The translations under genes were made by a program, and so were the position numbers. Under the pieces are notes generated by a model. That model had not been told where the DNA came from, made no database searches, and worked only from the letters and a program-made list of their open reading frames with translations. This document shows positions 44,264-59,469 of a stretch of DNA of 64,000 nucleotides, piece by piece. Positions within the stretch are counted from its first letter, which is position 1, and every line of letters starts with the position of its first letter. Source of the DNA: Chrysomallon squamiferum (Eukaryota; Animalia; Mollusca); contig CM022665.1 in NCBI GenBank assembly GCA_012295275.1, positions 37,076,001 through 37,140,000 of the forward strand. The letters are read 5' to 3'.

Positions 44264-46849
44264 CTCTATAAACTAAAACATATATTGGCATACAAATCAG
44301 TTAAACCGTATCGGAAATTCGCGGTGACAAACTTTAAATAGTCCATGTAATAATAATAATAATAGTAATAATAGTAATAGCAATTAATAATAATAATAAT
44401 AAATAATAATAATAATTTAAAAATGCATGAATTAATGAATAAAATAAAATAAAATAAAATAAAATAAAATAAAATAAAAATTGTTTATGGACGAACGGTT
44501 GTAAAAGATTTGTTTTAGTTGATCTTTCTTTATCTTTTTTTTTTAACTGAAATTATCAGAATCAAGAACAAAAAAACACAAAAAAAAACAACAACAACAA
44601 CAGTATCAACAAACAAACATCATATCAATGAAACGTTGCATTATTTTTGTAATTTATCATCAACGTAACGTCATGTGCAGTTTTAAATTACGTTAATCTT
44701 GACGTCATTCGTTTGAAATAAATATCTTCATAACGGAATAAAGGTCTTTTCAGACACCGGCTTTAAACATTTATTTCACCAACAACAGCAGTTGAAATTG
44801 TGAAAAATATTTCCACAGTGATAAAAATTAACATGTAGTCTCTAATACATGTATATACTTGCTTACAAACATTCATACACAGAAACATACACATGAACAT
44901 ACATGCACATACACACATATGCACGCACAGACCACAAACAAAACAAAACAAGAAATAAACACATACACGACTGTAGACATAAATCACAATTTCAATCCAG
45001 ATTTCCATTTTAGGTAGCTGAACATCAGAAATATATAAACTCACACACAAACAAACATACATATACACACTCACACTTATACAAATAGAAACACATATAC
45101 ATGAAGATACATATAGATAACGTACATACACAGAAATTACACTTTACGTAGATACACATGCTCAGTGTGGGTATGTGGGTATATTTATGTGTGTATGTAT
45201 GCATGTATGTATGTATATCTATGTGTGTTTGTGTTTCTGTCTATGCATGGAAGCACGTATGTCTGTATCTATATCTGTATATATACTTAGGTTTGTATGT
45301 ATGCTTAGTCATGCAGGTATCCAACATCAGTAGTTATATATGTATATATACTGAACCGCATTAATGTGTGTCGTTGATATTTTAATGTCTATTTTTCCGA
45401 CAATGTTCATAATGCTGTGATAACGAAGCTGCTGTCATTTTTCTCCAGTGAATGGCATTCTGTGGCTGACAGGTTTTACTGACGTGTTGTGCTGTTTTTT
45501 TTTGCTTGTTTAACATATTAGAGAGCAGAACACACTGACAAAGCTTAAACAGTCTGTTTTAATAGCGAGGGCAGTTTGAACATAATTATATTTCGTATAT
45601 ACGTATATATTCATGCATGTGTGAGCATGCGGGATTGTGCGTTTGAGTGCGTGTATGTATGTATGTATGCTTGAATATATATGTGTGTGTGTGTGTGTGT
45701 ATGCATGTTAGGACGTGTACATGACTGTGTACTTAAACGCACGTACGTTCGTATGTAAGTAATTAAACAAATAAATAGTCATGCTAGTACGATTTTTGAA
45801 AGTCACAGTGACTTTTGCTTATCACATTATCTTTATACTAATTGTGTTTGAACGTGGTTACTTTGCGTGAGGAAAACGTTTTAAAACTGAAAGTCACATT
45901 GGTGACTGGGCACATTTCAAACCACTCAAGGCCATTCAAGTTGTGGTCGTTGTAGTTTGAGTCAACAAGCCAACAGACCATTAGTACGAAACTGACAGGA
46001 TACTAATGTTGACAAATTGCACTAAACAAATTGCTCTTGTCCTTATCCCTTTTAATTTAGTCCAGTTCAATTTGGTCGCAGTAAATAACAAATTACTGCG
46101 GCGGTTTTTGAAAGTCGTGTTTCTGAACAAGAGTGTTTGTGTCTATTTTATTTTTGTTTATTATGTTAGTCATACGTTTGTTTGTTTGTTTGTTTGTTTG
46201 TTTATTCATGCAGTAGAACACCGGGTTAGTCAATTAGTTTTTGTTCGTAAGGTTTTATTATGAAATATTTTTCAAATGAAAAATAAAAATGATGTGGAAT
46301 TGCCACCATAATCATAGCCACCATTATCTTATTGTCATTTATATTATCATTATCATAATTTTCATCAGCATCGCTATCATAATAACAATCTTCGCTATCA
46401 CCATTATAATGATTAATATGTATTGTGGTATTAATAAAATCGTGATTTCACCTCAGTGATAACAATTTCATCTTCTTCTTATTTTTAATCTTTATTTTTT
46501 TTTTTTTTTTTTTTTTTTTTCAGTAATACATAATTTCTTTAACCACATTTTTCTACATAACAGTCGCATTTATTTACCTAAGAATACTTTGTCATTCGTA
46601 TTTAATGCTGTTTTCGTCTTTTATTCTAATACCTTTGCATTACTATGCAAAAACCTCTCTTTCGTGAGTTTCGAAAATCTGAATGGATTCTGTTTTGTCT
46701 GGTAAACTTTTAACATGTTTGCCAGTCAGCTATTTTGAAGAAGTTCGTTGGTCCTGGGCACGCTGTGGTTGTCTGTTGAATAAGTGTTTCGATAGTAAGT
46801 TGTGAGATTACTTTGAGGAATAATCAAATACAAGGTCTTTTAATCCCGC

Positions 46850-47030
46850 GGTCAGACTGTAGCACAGTTGTTAGAACGATGGACCAGGACGTGAGGGGTT
46901 ACAGGATCAAACATCTGTGGTGGCTCTATCTAACTGTTTCCTGTGTCGGATAAGATATTTGATTTCCTGTCTGTGGGTAGGTGTATATGTTTACAAACGA
47001 AACATATCACGTAATTAAACAAGACGTGTA
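46850..47030 (+). mobile_element. Degenerate tRNA-derived SINE (head and body)
   Basis: A-box-like TAGCACAGTTG (46860) and B-box-like GGATCAAAC (~46905) at tRNA-like spacing. The body motif TCCTGTCTGTGGG..GTGTATAT follows. No cloverleaf acceptor stem. Confidence 0.5.
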
Positions 47031-49038
47031 TGACTGGCAGGTTGTGGTAATTATGTAAAATAGATTCTCAGGTATCATCCGTTCATTCGAAGAGTTCCTC
47101 AGTTTACTTTTATCATTCGTTCGTTCGTTCATTCAAAGAGTTCGTTAATTTACTATGAGTAATATTTGTATATTATTTCATTCCTGCTTTAACCACATAT
47201 TAAGTAAGTTAGTAATTTCCTTTTGAGGCATCTGAACATCAGTAAAATTAACAAACAAACACACAACCTAACACACCACACAAACACATACATACACAAA
47301 ACAAACAAATAAATGAATGAATAAATAAATAAGTACACACATACATAAATGAATGAATAAATAGCAACAGAATTTATTAAGAATTTGTTCATCCACTTCC
47401 CCAAGTAACACTCAGTAATACTGAATCAGAATTCGATCCCATTAACCGTCACTCATTTTTAACTATTTCATCATCGAGTCCGTAAATTGCCTTCCAGTGC
47501 ATTTTAACCATTAATTTAAAATATATAACGTTTAAAAAAAAAAAAAAAAAAAAAAAAATATTCGTACACTACTTCCTCAGTTCATTGCTGGTACTTCTTG
47601 TATCACGATTCGATCCCAGTGCTGCACTGCATCATCTAGTCTGGTAATTGCCTTCTGGTGCACCTAAAAGATGGTCAACGAATTTGACAGTGTGGCAGCA
47701 CTTGAACTCTGTGTGGCCCACTCGTCTCGTCGTTTAGCCCATGATGACGGCTATTAACGAATCATTTTTATCAGCTTTCCACACTGTAATGCGATTAAAC
47801 TAATCCAGACAAATTCTAAGGACATTTCGCTTTCAGTGACGCGAAGTGATGTGATAACCTCGTTTTGAATTTGTCTCTAAATTACAGCCGTATCTGGTAA
47901 AAGTGGGAACACGAGGCACATTAATTTGTAATCACTGCGCTACAGCTACAGTGTCTGCAATTGTCTTTGTTCATCCTATTCAGAATTTTACGACTGGTTC
48001 ACTTAATGTCGCAGAAATTTCTTTTCGAAAACATTCACTGCGGTTTTCACTGAAATTTGTTTTTCTTCTTTTTTAAACATTATTTTCTTCGACATGTAAA
48101 TGGAGTGATCATTCTTGAATAAAACAGCTTGTAAAAGATTCAGACGTATTATTCTTTTCTTAAAATTTTTATTCGATGATGAACTAAATACAAAAGAATC
48201 ATTATCATCACCAATAGGATCAGTACCAATACTGGAAAGACATTATTATATATACATATTCTACCATCGTTGCAATCATCAGTAACATAAATAATGCATC
48301 TATCATATGTGAATAATACAGATATTACGCAAGATCCACAAGATCCACAACAGAAACATTATAAACATCATGACCATTAACTTTACAAACTCAGATTATT
48401 TTGACACCAAATTTAAAAGTATAATGTATTATTAAAAAATAAATATTCCAAAAACAAGAAGTCATCATCATCAACAACAATAACAACAGCCTCTCACATA
48501 CCAACGACAACGACCTCAGAAGAATGATCACTTCGTACAAGATGGAGTGGAATGACAATACCAGCTTGTCTGAGTGCAGCGTACCTGTAAGCAATGGATC
48601 AAGGGACAGACCACTGTAATCTGCTGTCAGTGTCAGAGACCAGACCATCGTCAGAAAATGGATACATTTGAACACCGAGTTTGACGTGGAGATAGGCTGA
48701 GACTCGTAACTCAGTGGCAGGACCGTCGTCTGAGCGGAATTCAAGTTAACTCATCTCTGTTTATGTACCATACGATTTATAATTTGTATAAGGACAAATT
48801 CGATGGCTACCGGTGGTTGTCGTCTGAGCGAAGTGTATGTTGTTAACTACGTCGTACCATTTTTGTTTATGTGTATCGTAAATACAGAAATGCTTTCTAC
48901 AAATGTTTCAGGACCGTCGTCTGAAATAAACGTTTGTTTCGCCTTATTTCCAGTTCCAATCCGTGTTCATTCACGTTTAAAGACCATTATTTTCTTTCTA
49001 AAGAAAAGGTGCGTATAATAATGACGACGATGACGATG

Positions 49039-49069
<31 letters not shown>

Positions 49070-50981
49070 ATGCATCTTTTCTATATTATTATTATCTGTA
49101 TTCGTGTTACACATAAATCGTATGAAAACAGGCACAAGACGGTGTTTCATTCAACTTTATTGCTTTGTTTCCCCAACTTAATAAACACAGAGACCTCGTC
49201 CTCTGCTCCGTTTGTGTTGCAATGGGCAAATATGATATGACAAGGGCATTGTAACGTGTGTTTACAAACATCGCTTTTCATTCAGAATGCATACTTCGCA
49301 AATGTGTCCACCCTTTATGTACACCTTTAGAGATAGTTACATGCACTCAGAAAATGACAGTGTAGTGCGAAACATGCAATTTATCGTTACCGGCAAAATA
49401 TATACTTCAGTTTATAATTATTGTCACAGTGTCATTTCAAAAAACGGCGTGTCCTCTAAAGTAATATTTCACGATCACTGATAAAGATTAAGTTTGGTTA
49501 TTATTGCCAATTAATGTTTTGGTTTATTCAGAACTGATATTATTACAGTTTTTAAAAATGTAGTTTATTATATATATATATATATATATACACAAGGATC
49601 TGAACACCCACATTGATATAGAAAATATGTATTAAAGGAAATATTTTATATGCACCTTACCACATACGTATGTGTTGACTATCTGTATTCATTTATCCAT
49701 TTCTTCTTAAAATACCCAGATATTTTGCCTTTATTACCAGTTAATCTTTTTGTTGATTCACTGTAATCAAATTCGAATTATTTTATCTGTTTATTAAAGA
49801 TTTAAAATAAAATAAAAATACAATAATTATTAATTTATGCTTTTGTATTATTATTTATTATTATTACTATTTCTCTCTACATATTACGCAGTATTTTTGT
49901 GATTATCTTTCTGTTTATGACAACTATGAATAACTGCCAATTTTCTTCTTTTTTTTTTTTTTTTTCTCTGTCATTCAAGGACATCTTCTAAAATTCTAAT
50001 TTGCAATTAGTTTCACATCACTGTTGTATAAAAAGAGAAGCGCTATTTCTGTTTCTTTCATGTAGCAAATTACTGAAATCTAATTCATTGCATGTTTTTC
50101 TTTAAGTAAGAAAATTGCTAAAGTAAACTTTGCTTTCCAGTTAACAACCTGATTAGCTGCCAAAATAACTTAGAATAAAAACACTGTTTTCCGTGTGTAA
50201 GTTCTTACCTGAAAGTAAAAAGAATGAGACAAAAAGAAAAAAAGGAAAAAGAGGGTGGTTTGGGGAAGTAAAACAAACCATAACAAGGATGTCTGACTAA
50301 ACAGGCACAAACATGTCGAGCTAAAAGTGTGATTTCTGTAAACACCCAATTAAAGTCTTTAACAGCTGAAAAACTTGTCCGTATCACTCGAGATAATATT
50401 GATAGAGGGTTTTCACACCAACGCGAAATGAAATCTTCAAACATGGTTACAAATACTCAAATAACAAACAGAAATGGCTGAACAGTATGTTTGGTGTCCA
50501 GTGCGGGACTTATTGACTCGATAAACACGTTTAATTTAAACTGTACACACTGTCCAGACAGCTTTTTGCTTTGTTAACATGGCCCAAAGCAATTAGCTTC
50601 TTTCGGGAAAAGTCGACGATGAAGGGGTTTCAGGACCGGTTTTGTTCTTTGACACGTAATTCAGGTCATCCGTTTTGGCGCACCCTCCATTTCTCAAAAA
50701 CAGCTGCTGCTCTGAATGACAAGAGTCTGCAAAATTCAAGGTTTATTTTATTTATTTTTTAAGTAGCCGTAAAATAAATTTTAATAATAAACAATTAATT
50801 TTGTTCTGTGACTGACCCAACAGTTTGGACAGATAAATACCGTTTTTATTATTATTATTATTATTAGGCCTACTGTTGTTGTTGTTGTTGTTGTCGTCGT
50901 TGATGCTGTTAGTGTTGTTCTTGTTTCAATAGAAATAAAGTTAACACATAAATATATTAAAACTTTCGGAAAAAAAAAAAA

Positions 50982-51017
<36 letters not shown>

Positions 51018-51261
51018 GGAGTCAATAAAGGACTGGCAACATGATCCAACAAATATAATAACCAAAATATGTGTAAATTAAAACACATGCAAACGCAAAT
51101 AAACATTAATCTTCCCAAACTAACTTCTGTGTAATAGTTTAAATGTTACCCGCAATGTTTTTATGTTTCCATTTCCACTTTGACATTTTATTACGAAAAT
51201 CTTTAATCCAACATAATGGATATTTATGTTCTATCAGTATTAACATAATTTGAAGCCTTTT

Positions 51262-51557
<296 letters not shown>

Positions 51558-51645
51558 TTAATCACTATCTTTTTGTTTATGTATATACACGCGCACAAGA
51601 CACACAGGTATACACATATACACACACGTAAACATACACAAACGT

Positions 51646-51680
<35 letters not shown>

Positions 51681-52543
51681 AACCAAGCACAACAAATCAC
51701 AACGGTTTTGTATCACAGTCTTTTCACTTCGTGTTTGACAATGTAACGTTATTTGTAAAGCCAAAGAAAGCTGCTTCCACCGATATGTACAAAACATAAT
51801 CTTGTTTATCTTTACTTATTCCCGCGTGCCCCCCGAAGCCGCTAAGGACAAAAACCCGGCTCTTGTAGCAAGGACGAAATCGCCTTCCCAGGAATATGCT
51901 TTGCACAATGTGTACAATGTCCATGTGTAGTGATCTAAACTAACTGACTGACAAAGCCACGATTCACCACACTGATCTTTAATCAAATGTCACGAGAAGA
52001 AAAATGACTTATTTGTTTAAAAACGTAGACTCTTCTCTCTCTCTCTCTCTCTCTCGCGGAGTACACAGAGCCTTGGTCAATACATTAGCCATTCTTCAGT
52101 ACGTGTTGCCGCCACGTTTTCCACTGACACGAATTTGTCAGTGAAAAAGAAAGACGACCGACTTGGTTTCGACATGTCGGTCAAAACTGTGCTGTGTCCC
52201 CAGTCTGACCCAGTATGAGATAAGGATGTAGGATGCATGTTGTAAAGTCCTCAAAGTTATAAAACATTTTTTTTTTTTTTTTTTTTTTTTGTGCTTACTC
52301 CTTGTTAAAGATGAGCTTGTTTAAATTTAGATCTTAATTATAACTTGACGCACAAACAAATATACATGCGACAGACATCCACAAACAAAGATTTTAATTT
52401 TAACTGTAAAATGTATCGAGGTTTTGTTGAGCATATTCTATGCATTTATTGATTTAAATTTCCACCACAGGATTCGCCGCAACAATTAAGATTTACGCAC
52501 CATTTAAATAAACTAATAGTAAGTTTTTTATTTATTTATCTAT

Positions 52544-52586
<43 letters not shown>

Positions 52587-52699
52587 TATTTCTCTTGTTA
52601 CTGGAAAATTCGTATTCATGAACATTAAATCCCAAATGCCACTTGATACAAACAAAGATGTCCTTGTCAATGGTGGGATGTCGGTAATGAAGATTCATA

Positions 52700-52790
52700 C
52701 ATCTGACCGCCGAGGGAGGAGCCATACCAGCTATTTCTCGTTCCAACCAGTGCTCTTGTTTGGTATGAACTACACTGACTATGTATGAAG
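52700..52790 (+). mobile_element. SINE core fragment (mollusc-type)
   Basis: AGCTATTTCTCGTTCCAACCAGTGCTC..GGTATG matches my recollection of a common gastropod SINE core. Not verified by search. Confidence 0.45.
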
Positions 52791-53079
52791 AATTACTTGC
52801 GAATAATCGGAAAGAGTAACTCTAAACTCATGGCTCTAAACAGTTTCCTCTCACATTATTTTTCTAGTCGTTAGCCACATACGTGTGATGCTATGTAACT
52901 GAAGATAAATACGTTCGGTGAAACAAAACATGTCTTCCTTTTATGTCCTTGTGAACAGGATGTAGTTTAGATCATTATTTTTAACTCGAAAAAAAACACC
53001 CAAAAAAACGTGATGATGATGATGGCGTAACCGCAGTGATAAAAAGTATGGCCAAGATGATCTCGAGGTTCACAGTGCT

Positions 53080-53295
53080 GATGACATAAGCCTAACTGCT
53101 AATTTACTGTCATAAAAAGTACTTTTTATTACGACACAACTGCATAAAATATAATTTATTTAAATTTTTTTATGACATAAACGTCATAAAAATATATTTT
53201 CATTTTAATTTTATATGATGGCAGGACGTAAAATAAATTTGCATTTAAATATTTTATGACGTAACAACATATATATTTTTTTTTATCATGACATT
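53080..53295. repeat. Array of short palindromic units (GTCATAAAA...TTTTATGAC)
   Basis: GTCATAAAA-like and TTTTATGAC-like half-sites alternate with a period of roughly 40-50 bp. Confidence 0.6.
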
Positions 53296-54079
53296 ACCAG
53301 AAATTAATGAGGCGGTTTCGTTTGAGTATTTCTCCAAAGGATGTAAAAAGCCATAGAACACATTATAGTAAAATATATGCGTTATATTTTAATACTGTCA
53401 AAAATGACTGTGGATATACATTACCAGTGGGGATGTTGTAAAGATCGGCACCGCAAGATAAGATATGTGTATTCCATTATGATCGTTAATGCAACATAGC
53501 ATAATAACGTAACAGCGAGATTATCACTTCATTTGTTATAGATATTAAAACGGGTAAATATAGCAACGTACTCAGTGCTGATGTTATGTAACTATCGAAT
53601 TTCCTGTATCATTAAAATGAAATTTTTATAGAATATCCAGTGACCGAATTTGACCTGTTTTCAGTTTTTATATCTTTTCTTGCGAACTGTGGTTTTAATG
53701 CATATCCCAGAGAGCTGTTTCCTATTCTGACCAACGCCCTCCAACTGGATTATGAAAAACTGCAGTATTTTCCTGTCTCTGAGAAAGTATATGCGAAGTG
53801 TTATTTGCCCGTAACTGAAAGAATAGATTATGGATATGCGGGAGACGGTATTCGTTTGTCATGATGTGAATAATAACACTTCTTCTTCAGATGAAATGAA
53901 ACAAATATAAAATATAATTCATCACAGCAGAACAGAATAGAATTTCATTAAATTAGTCCCTTTTTAAAACCATTTTAGTTGATTTTTTTTTTTTTTCTCT
54001 CTCTTAAAATGTCAGTAACTGAAAAATAAAGAGACTAAGCCCAAATTAGTAGCTTGGAAAAGTAATATAAAATGCAATA

Positions 54080-54420
54080 AGCTAAGCTGAGTAGAATGAG
54101 GCAGAAAAAAGGGAATCAAAACGACTGAGCAAATGGGAAGGGAAAGGAAAAATGGGATAAATACGATGGATTCGTCTGGAAGAAGGGACAGAAATGAATA
54201 TACTGTATATACCAAAGCAAATGGGAAGAAAGAAATGAAAAGGGAATAAGTACGACTAAGTAAATGGCAAAGGGAAAAAAAAAGGGAATAAATACGATGA
54301 ATACGTACGGAGAGAGAAATGGATATACTATATATAAACCAGAATAAATGGGAAGAAGGAAGAGAACAGGAGTTAAATACGACTGAGTAAAAATAAAAGA
54401 TGGAAAGAAAAAAAAAAGGA
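54080..54420. repeat. Degenerate purine-rich minisatellite (~40-bp subunits, ~128-bp higher-order unit)
   Basis: ACGACT(G/A)AG(C/T)AAA recurs at ~54121, 54251 and 54379, and GGGA.TAAATACGATG.AT.CGT at ~54152 and 54283. Confidence 0.65.
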
Positions 54421-56079
54421 AAAGATAAACTCATACATAAACGGTATGCGGGAAAGAAAAATAAAAATAAATGTCGTTAAGCAACCTTTACTTTAGATGA
54501 CTGTTCTAGAAGGCATATGATGGACACAAGCATTATGTCAGTGTTTCTGTGTCAGGTACGGGATTATGTTTGTATTACTTCTAGTGGTTGTTACCTGTCG
54601 TCTGCCCGAGATAACATCTGTTATTATCATCATTGCAGATAATAGCGTAATTGTAAGAATATTACTTTGGACTGCAGTAAAAGGTGAAATATTCGTAAAG
54701 AGAAAATATTATTATGAAATTCACGTATTTTGTAGATTCTAGTAAAACCACTGGAATAAACCTTTTCTCTGAAGTCTGGTTTTATACAAAATTTAGTTAC
54801 AATTTTGACCTCCATCCGTAATCATAACATTGCGTAGCGCACTGAAGCTTGATTTATGATTTATTTGTCTTTTAACGTGAATCAAATTTAATTTATGTAG
54901 TTGTTAAATTATGGGAAGGTGTATTCATGGGCTTCGTTCTGGATTTCAACCTGAATTTATAATTTATAATTTATTTATTTATTTATTTATTTAATTATTT
55001 AGATGTGTGTACAGCTTTATACGTTATTATGTGCCAGCATATATGCAATATCAGTGGACATAGAAACAATTCAAAAGACTGACTTATTTTACGTTGTGGT
55101 AGTCTCGATCACCAAAGAGCGTATCGTTCATTGAACGTCTGTAACATAAATCTGTATTAACGCTGATTCTTAGGCAATGGTGGATCCGCTGACACTAATC
55201 TAAAGTAGAGTTAGGAAAATGCTACATTTCACAAGTTTCTGAAGTTACGTTAAATGTGATGTAATGCTATTACACATAGTAAAATAAGCCTGCATTTCAC
55301 AGGCTTATAAATAATGGTCCGGCGAATCGAAGAAAGTCCAAGCTTGATCCGATTCGGTTCGTTTCGAGAGATTTGTTTAACCTCTTATCAGTTATGTTAA
55401 ATTCTGATGTAACACTGTTATACGGAATCTAAGTCTGTATTTAACTAGCTTAAAATATACTGGACAGAAAAGTTAGGGGGTAATAAATATTTTCATATTT
55501 GTTTTCAAAGAAAACCCTTATCCAACGGATATGAATCATTCACTTGAAATTAAAGAGATCATTTTGTTGACTAAAATTTATAATCAATAAAAAAAATTAT
55601 GCCATTATGATGTCAAAGAGTACTATTCATCAGAACAGAGTGAACAAATATTCTATAATCCCACACTTTTTTTGTTCAGTATCATCGCAAAATTTTGTCC
55701 AGAAAATATATCGGACCTGTAGCAGACGTGTGCCAAGCCCGACTCAAGCGACTCTCTGGGGGTCTGCTTCGTTATTTCTGTCCCCACAGTAGCTAATGGC
55801 AGTCGAGTTGACACGTGAGATAAACAGCTCAATCGTCTTACATCAAGTGGATCACTGCGACCTCTAGCTGTCACTAGTTAAGTGTTTCTCGGTAATGCTG
55901 TAACAACATTACAACAGTCAGAGCTGAACTCTGAAATCTGAAATATTTCGGTTTGTAGACTTAATTCCATTGTCGACAAAATCGTGTCCTAGTTGTGTTG
56001 TTGCAGCTGATTTTGTTATAATCTTATTATCATTACTGCTACCTTGATCACTTCTTATGAACCACGGTTTATGTCAGTT

Positions 56080-56610
56080 GCTTTGCTACTGCTACTATTA
56101 ATATTACTACTAGTACTGTTACTGCTACTGCTGTTACTCCTACTACTACTACTGCTGCTGCTGCTACTGCTGCTGCTGCTACTGCTGCTGCTGCTGCTAT
56201 TACATTTTACTAAACTATTACTGCTTCTATTCTTCTTATTATCATAACATTTATAACCGTTAAAATTTATATCAATCACCACAACAAATTAATACTACTA
56301 CAAATTACTTCAACAATAGCAGAAACAACAGTTACTATTTTTGTTCTGTTTAAATTACTACAGTTTATACCAGTACAATCACCAGTACTGATGCTTCTAC
56401 TGCTGCTATCTCCACAATCACTACCGTCTATATTTGTTTAGGACTTCTATACTCTATTACTACTACCATTACCATACCACAACCACAACCACAACCACAG
56501 CCACAACCACAACCACAACCACAACCACAACCACTACCACTACTCGTGTACTAAAACAACTTCTTCTCGTCTATTGCAACTTCTACTACTAAAAGAATAC
56601 TACTACTCAG

Positions 56611-56644
<34 letters not shown>

Positions 56645-56820
56645 CACGACTACTACTACCGCTACTACTAATATAACATTACATCTACCAGTACTACTAC
56701 TACTACTTCTACTACAGCTACTACTACTATTACTATTATTACCACTACCACTACTAATACTACTAATACTACAGCTATCAGTACTACTAATACCACTACT
56801 ACTACTACTACTACTACTGT
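56080..56820. repeat. Trinucleotide (CTA/CTG)n and hexanucleotide (ACCACA)n repeat cluster
   Basis: Directly visible at 56085-56200, 56475-56545 and 56600-56820. Confidence 0.93.
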
Positions 56821-59366
56821 ATTGCTGCAGGTGGTAGCAGCTGGCCAGATACCATTCTTGTTTTATAACTATCACCACCATTACTGTGTTCGTTTAAGCA
56901 CGAAAAATCATCAGTGTATGTGTGACTTACTATCAGTTACAGCTCGGTGTCTGAAGAAGAAAAAGTGACACAAAAACCTCCACAAAAAAACACGACATTT
57001 TTTAAATTTTACTATTAGTTTCGGTATATAAAATATATATAAAAAAATAACATAAACGATTAGCAGTGTTTTAAATTACAATAATACCTTTTAATGGGCT
57101 GTACATCAAATAAAAAGTCCTCGCCCAAAATATTACTTAAACAGTACAAAACGTAATTTCCAGTATCGCCTATACACACAATAATGTAATGCATATCATC
57201 TGTATTTTGCAGCCTGTCATTATAAATCGTACGGCGTTAATTTACGATGACATGTAGGCACACAGTTCCGAAGTCTTATCAATAGACAAAAGCCTTGTAT
57301 AACCCTGCTCAAGCTACCATGTACGCAAGATATTCTATTACCACATAAAATGTGTTCTTCTTGTACTTATTTTCACGTTTTTTCTTTTTATTTCGTTTTT
57401 TTTTCTTTTCTTTCTGTTCTCTTTCTTTTATTTTTTTTTTTATTTTTTTTTTATATTTTATCTTTTTTTCTTTCTTTTTTTTTTGTAAAAAAAAAGAAAA
57501 AAAAAAGAAAAGAAAAGAACAAAAATTTTAAAATACATATCAGAAGGAGAACGAACAATTATAGAATGGGATGGTTATAACATCACTTCAGCCATTTCTG
57601 TTCCATCTTCTTTAAAAGAAAAAACAACAAAAAATATTTATTTCTGTCTAAAAAATATTTCTACAAACTGCATTACTAAATGTGAAATATAGACATTTCG
57701 TTTCTAATCTAGATATCAAACCTGTTGTCGAATAATGTTTTATAATATAAAATTAAGAAATCTAGTTTTAATAATTGTTTTATTATTTATATATGTCTAT
57801 CTTTTATTGAGTGTTTTGTTTATCTGTCTATTTATATAGTTATCTGTCTGTCTGTCTATTTGTTTATTCATCATCTGCATTTGTCAAACTTTATATTTGT
57901 TTGTTCATATGTTAAGCAGATACCATCCTCAGATCTTATACAATCAGAGGATGAGCTATAATCTTTTATTTATTTGTAGCAGTGTTGTTTGTTTATGTTA
58001 AACGTTTAAACTTGGTGTATTTATTTATTTATTTATTTATTTATTTCGTTGTGCTTCTAGAAACTTTGCGAACTTCCCAATTCTTACGATGAACTAAAAA
58101 AGAAAGATCGTTATTTCGATTTTCCTCCTAACCTGACAGTGTCTCCAGCAGAAAAGTTGAAGTCCCACGAACCAATAAAACACACTTGAATCGAAGCACA
58201 AAAACGCGCTGCTTACCACACATGAAGTGTTTGTTCGCTATATGCATGTACCCAGTGACTACACGGAAATAACATAGCAAGGCAGTGACATTTTGTTTGT
58301 TATAATTCCTAGCAAATGTCAAGTATTCTTACAGCGTGTAAAGATGCTGAACAAGCTTAACGCAGATTAGTCGGCCCGTGTTTAAAAATTACACATGACT
58401 TTTGTTTACACCGCATTACACAACATGTGTTTAGACTGGTGTCAGGGTGGTGCGCACCACGGTCTGCGGTACAGTGCAGGTGTTTGGTTCAAACTCGCGT
58501 GCTGTTGTTGTAATTGGTATCACACTCTCGCACATTGTCTGATACATCTGCTTTAAAACTTTGTGTCAAACAAACGAAACGAAACATACCGCATACATAT
58601 TTTAACCCACATACACACAGACGTACAAATACAAATTTATATCTCTCTCTGTCAGTAAATATATATATATATATATATCCTTATTTTGTATGCTTTAGTA
58701 CACAGTCACATCCACATACACACAATTATTCCTCTCTCTCTGTCTGTTGGTTTATCTATCTATATCTATCTCTCTCCCTATTTTATTATACTTTGATATA
58801 GAGTCACATACACATATTCGTAGTCACGCATAATATAAAATGTCACCAAACAGCGTGATAAATGATTTCTGTATTCCTCGACTCAGATATTTACACACCG
58901 ATGGCACGAAAGCATAACGCACATACGCGCACGCACGCACGTACATACACACACATTTACACACACATACACGTACATTATTGGTCTACTGTTATCTTGC
59001 ATCAATCTCTCCCTATTTAGTTATCTCCTTTGCCTTCTTGTCTACATGTCTTTCACCCTAGTATCTGTCCAGTCCAATCTAGATAACAGGGATCCACTGT
59101 CAAACTCAGCGACAGAGAGGCGGTAAGATAACAAAAAGTCTGTGTGTTTTCAATCTTCAAACCTTTAAGTACGATTTCCATTTATTTCTGTTTTTAAACT
59201 AATATTTTTCTTTTAAATAGCCAAATAATTAGCACTTCAGTCTCTCTGTTAATATTTTTTAATAATTAAAACTGTAATAGATTCAAATTATTCTGTATCT
59301 GTTATCTCGATACCTAGTGTTGTAGAAATATATGCATTTATGCGACTACTCTCTCGCTCGATTTTT

Positions 59367-59380
59367 CTTCTTCTTCTTCT

Positions 59381-59467
<87 letters not shown>
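59367..59467. repeat. (CTT)n(CT)n microsatellite
   Basis: Directly visible. Confidence 0.97.

Positions 59468-59469
<2 letters not shown>

Noticed and set aside
46850-46930. tRNA gene
   Set aside because: A/B-box-like motifs are present but there is no cloverleaf. It runs into SINE-like body sequence, so it is treated as a SINE head (same for 62987-63070).
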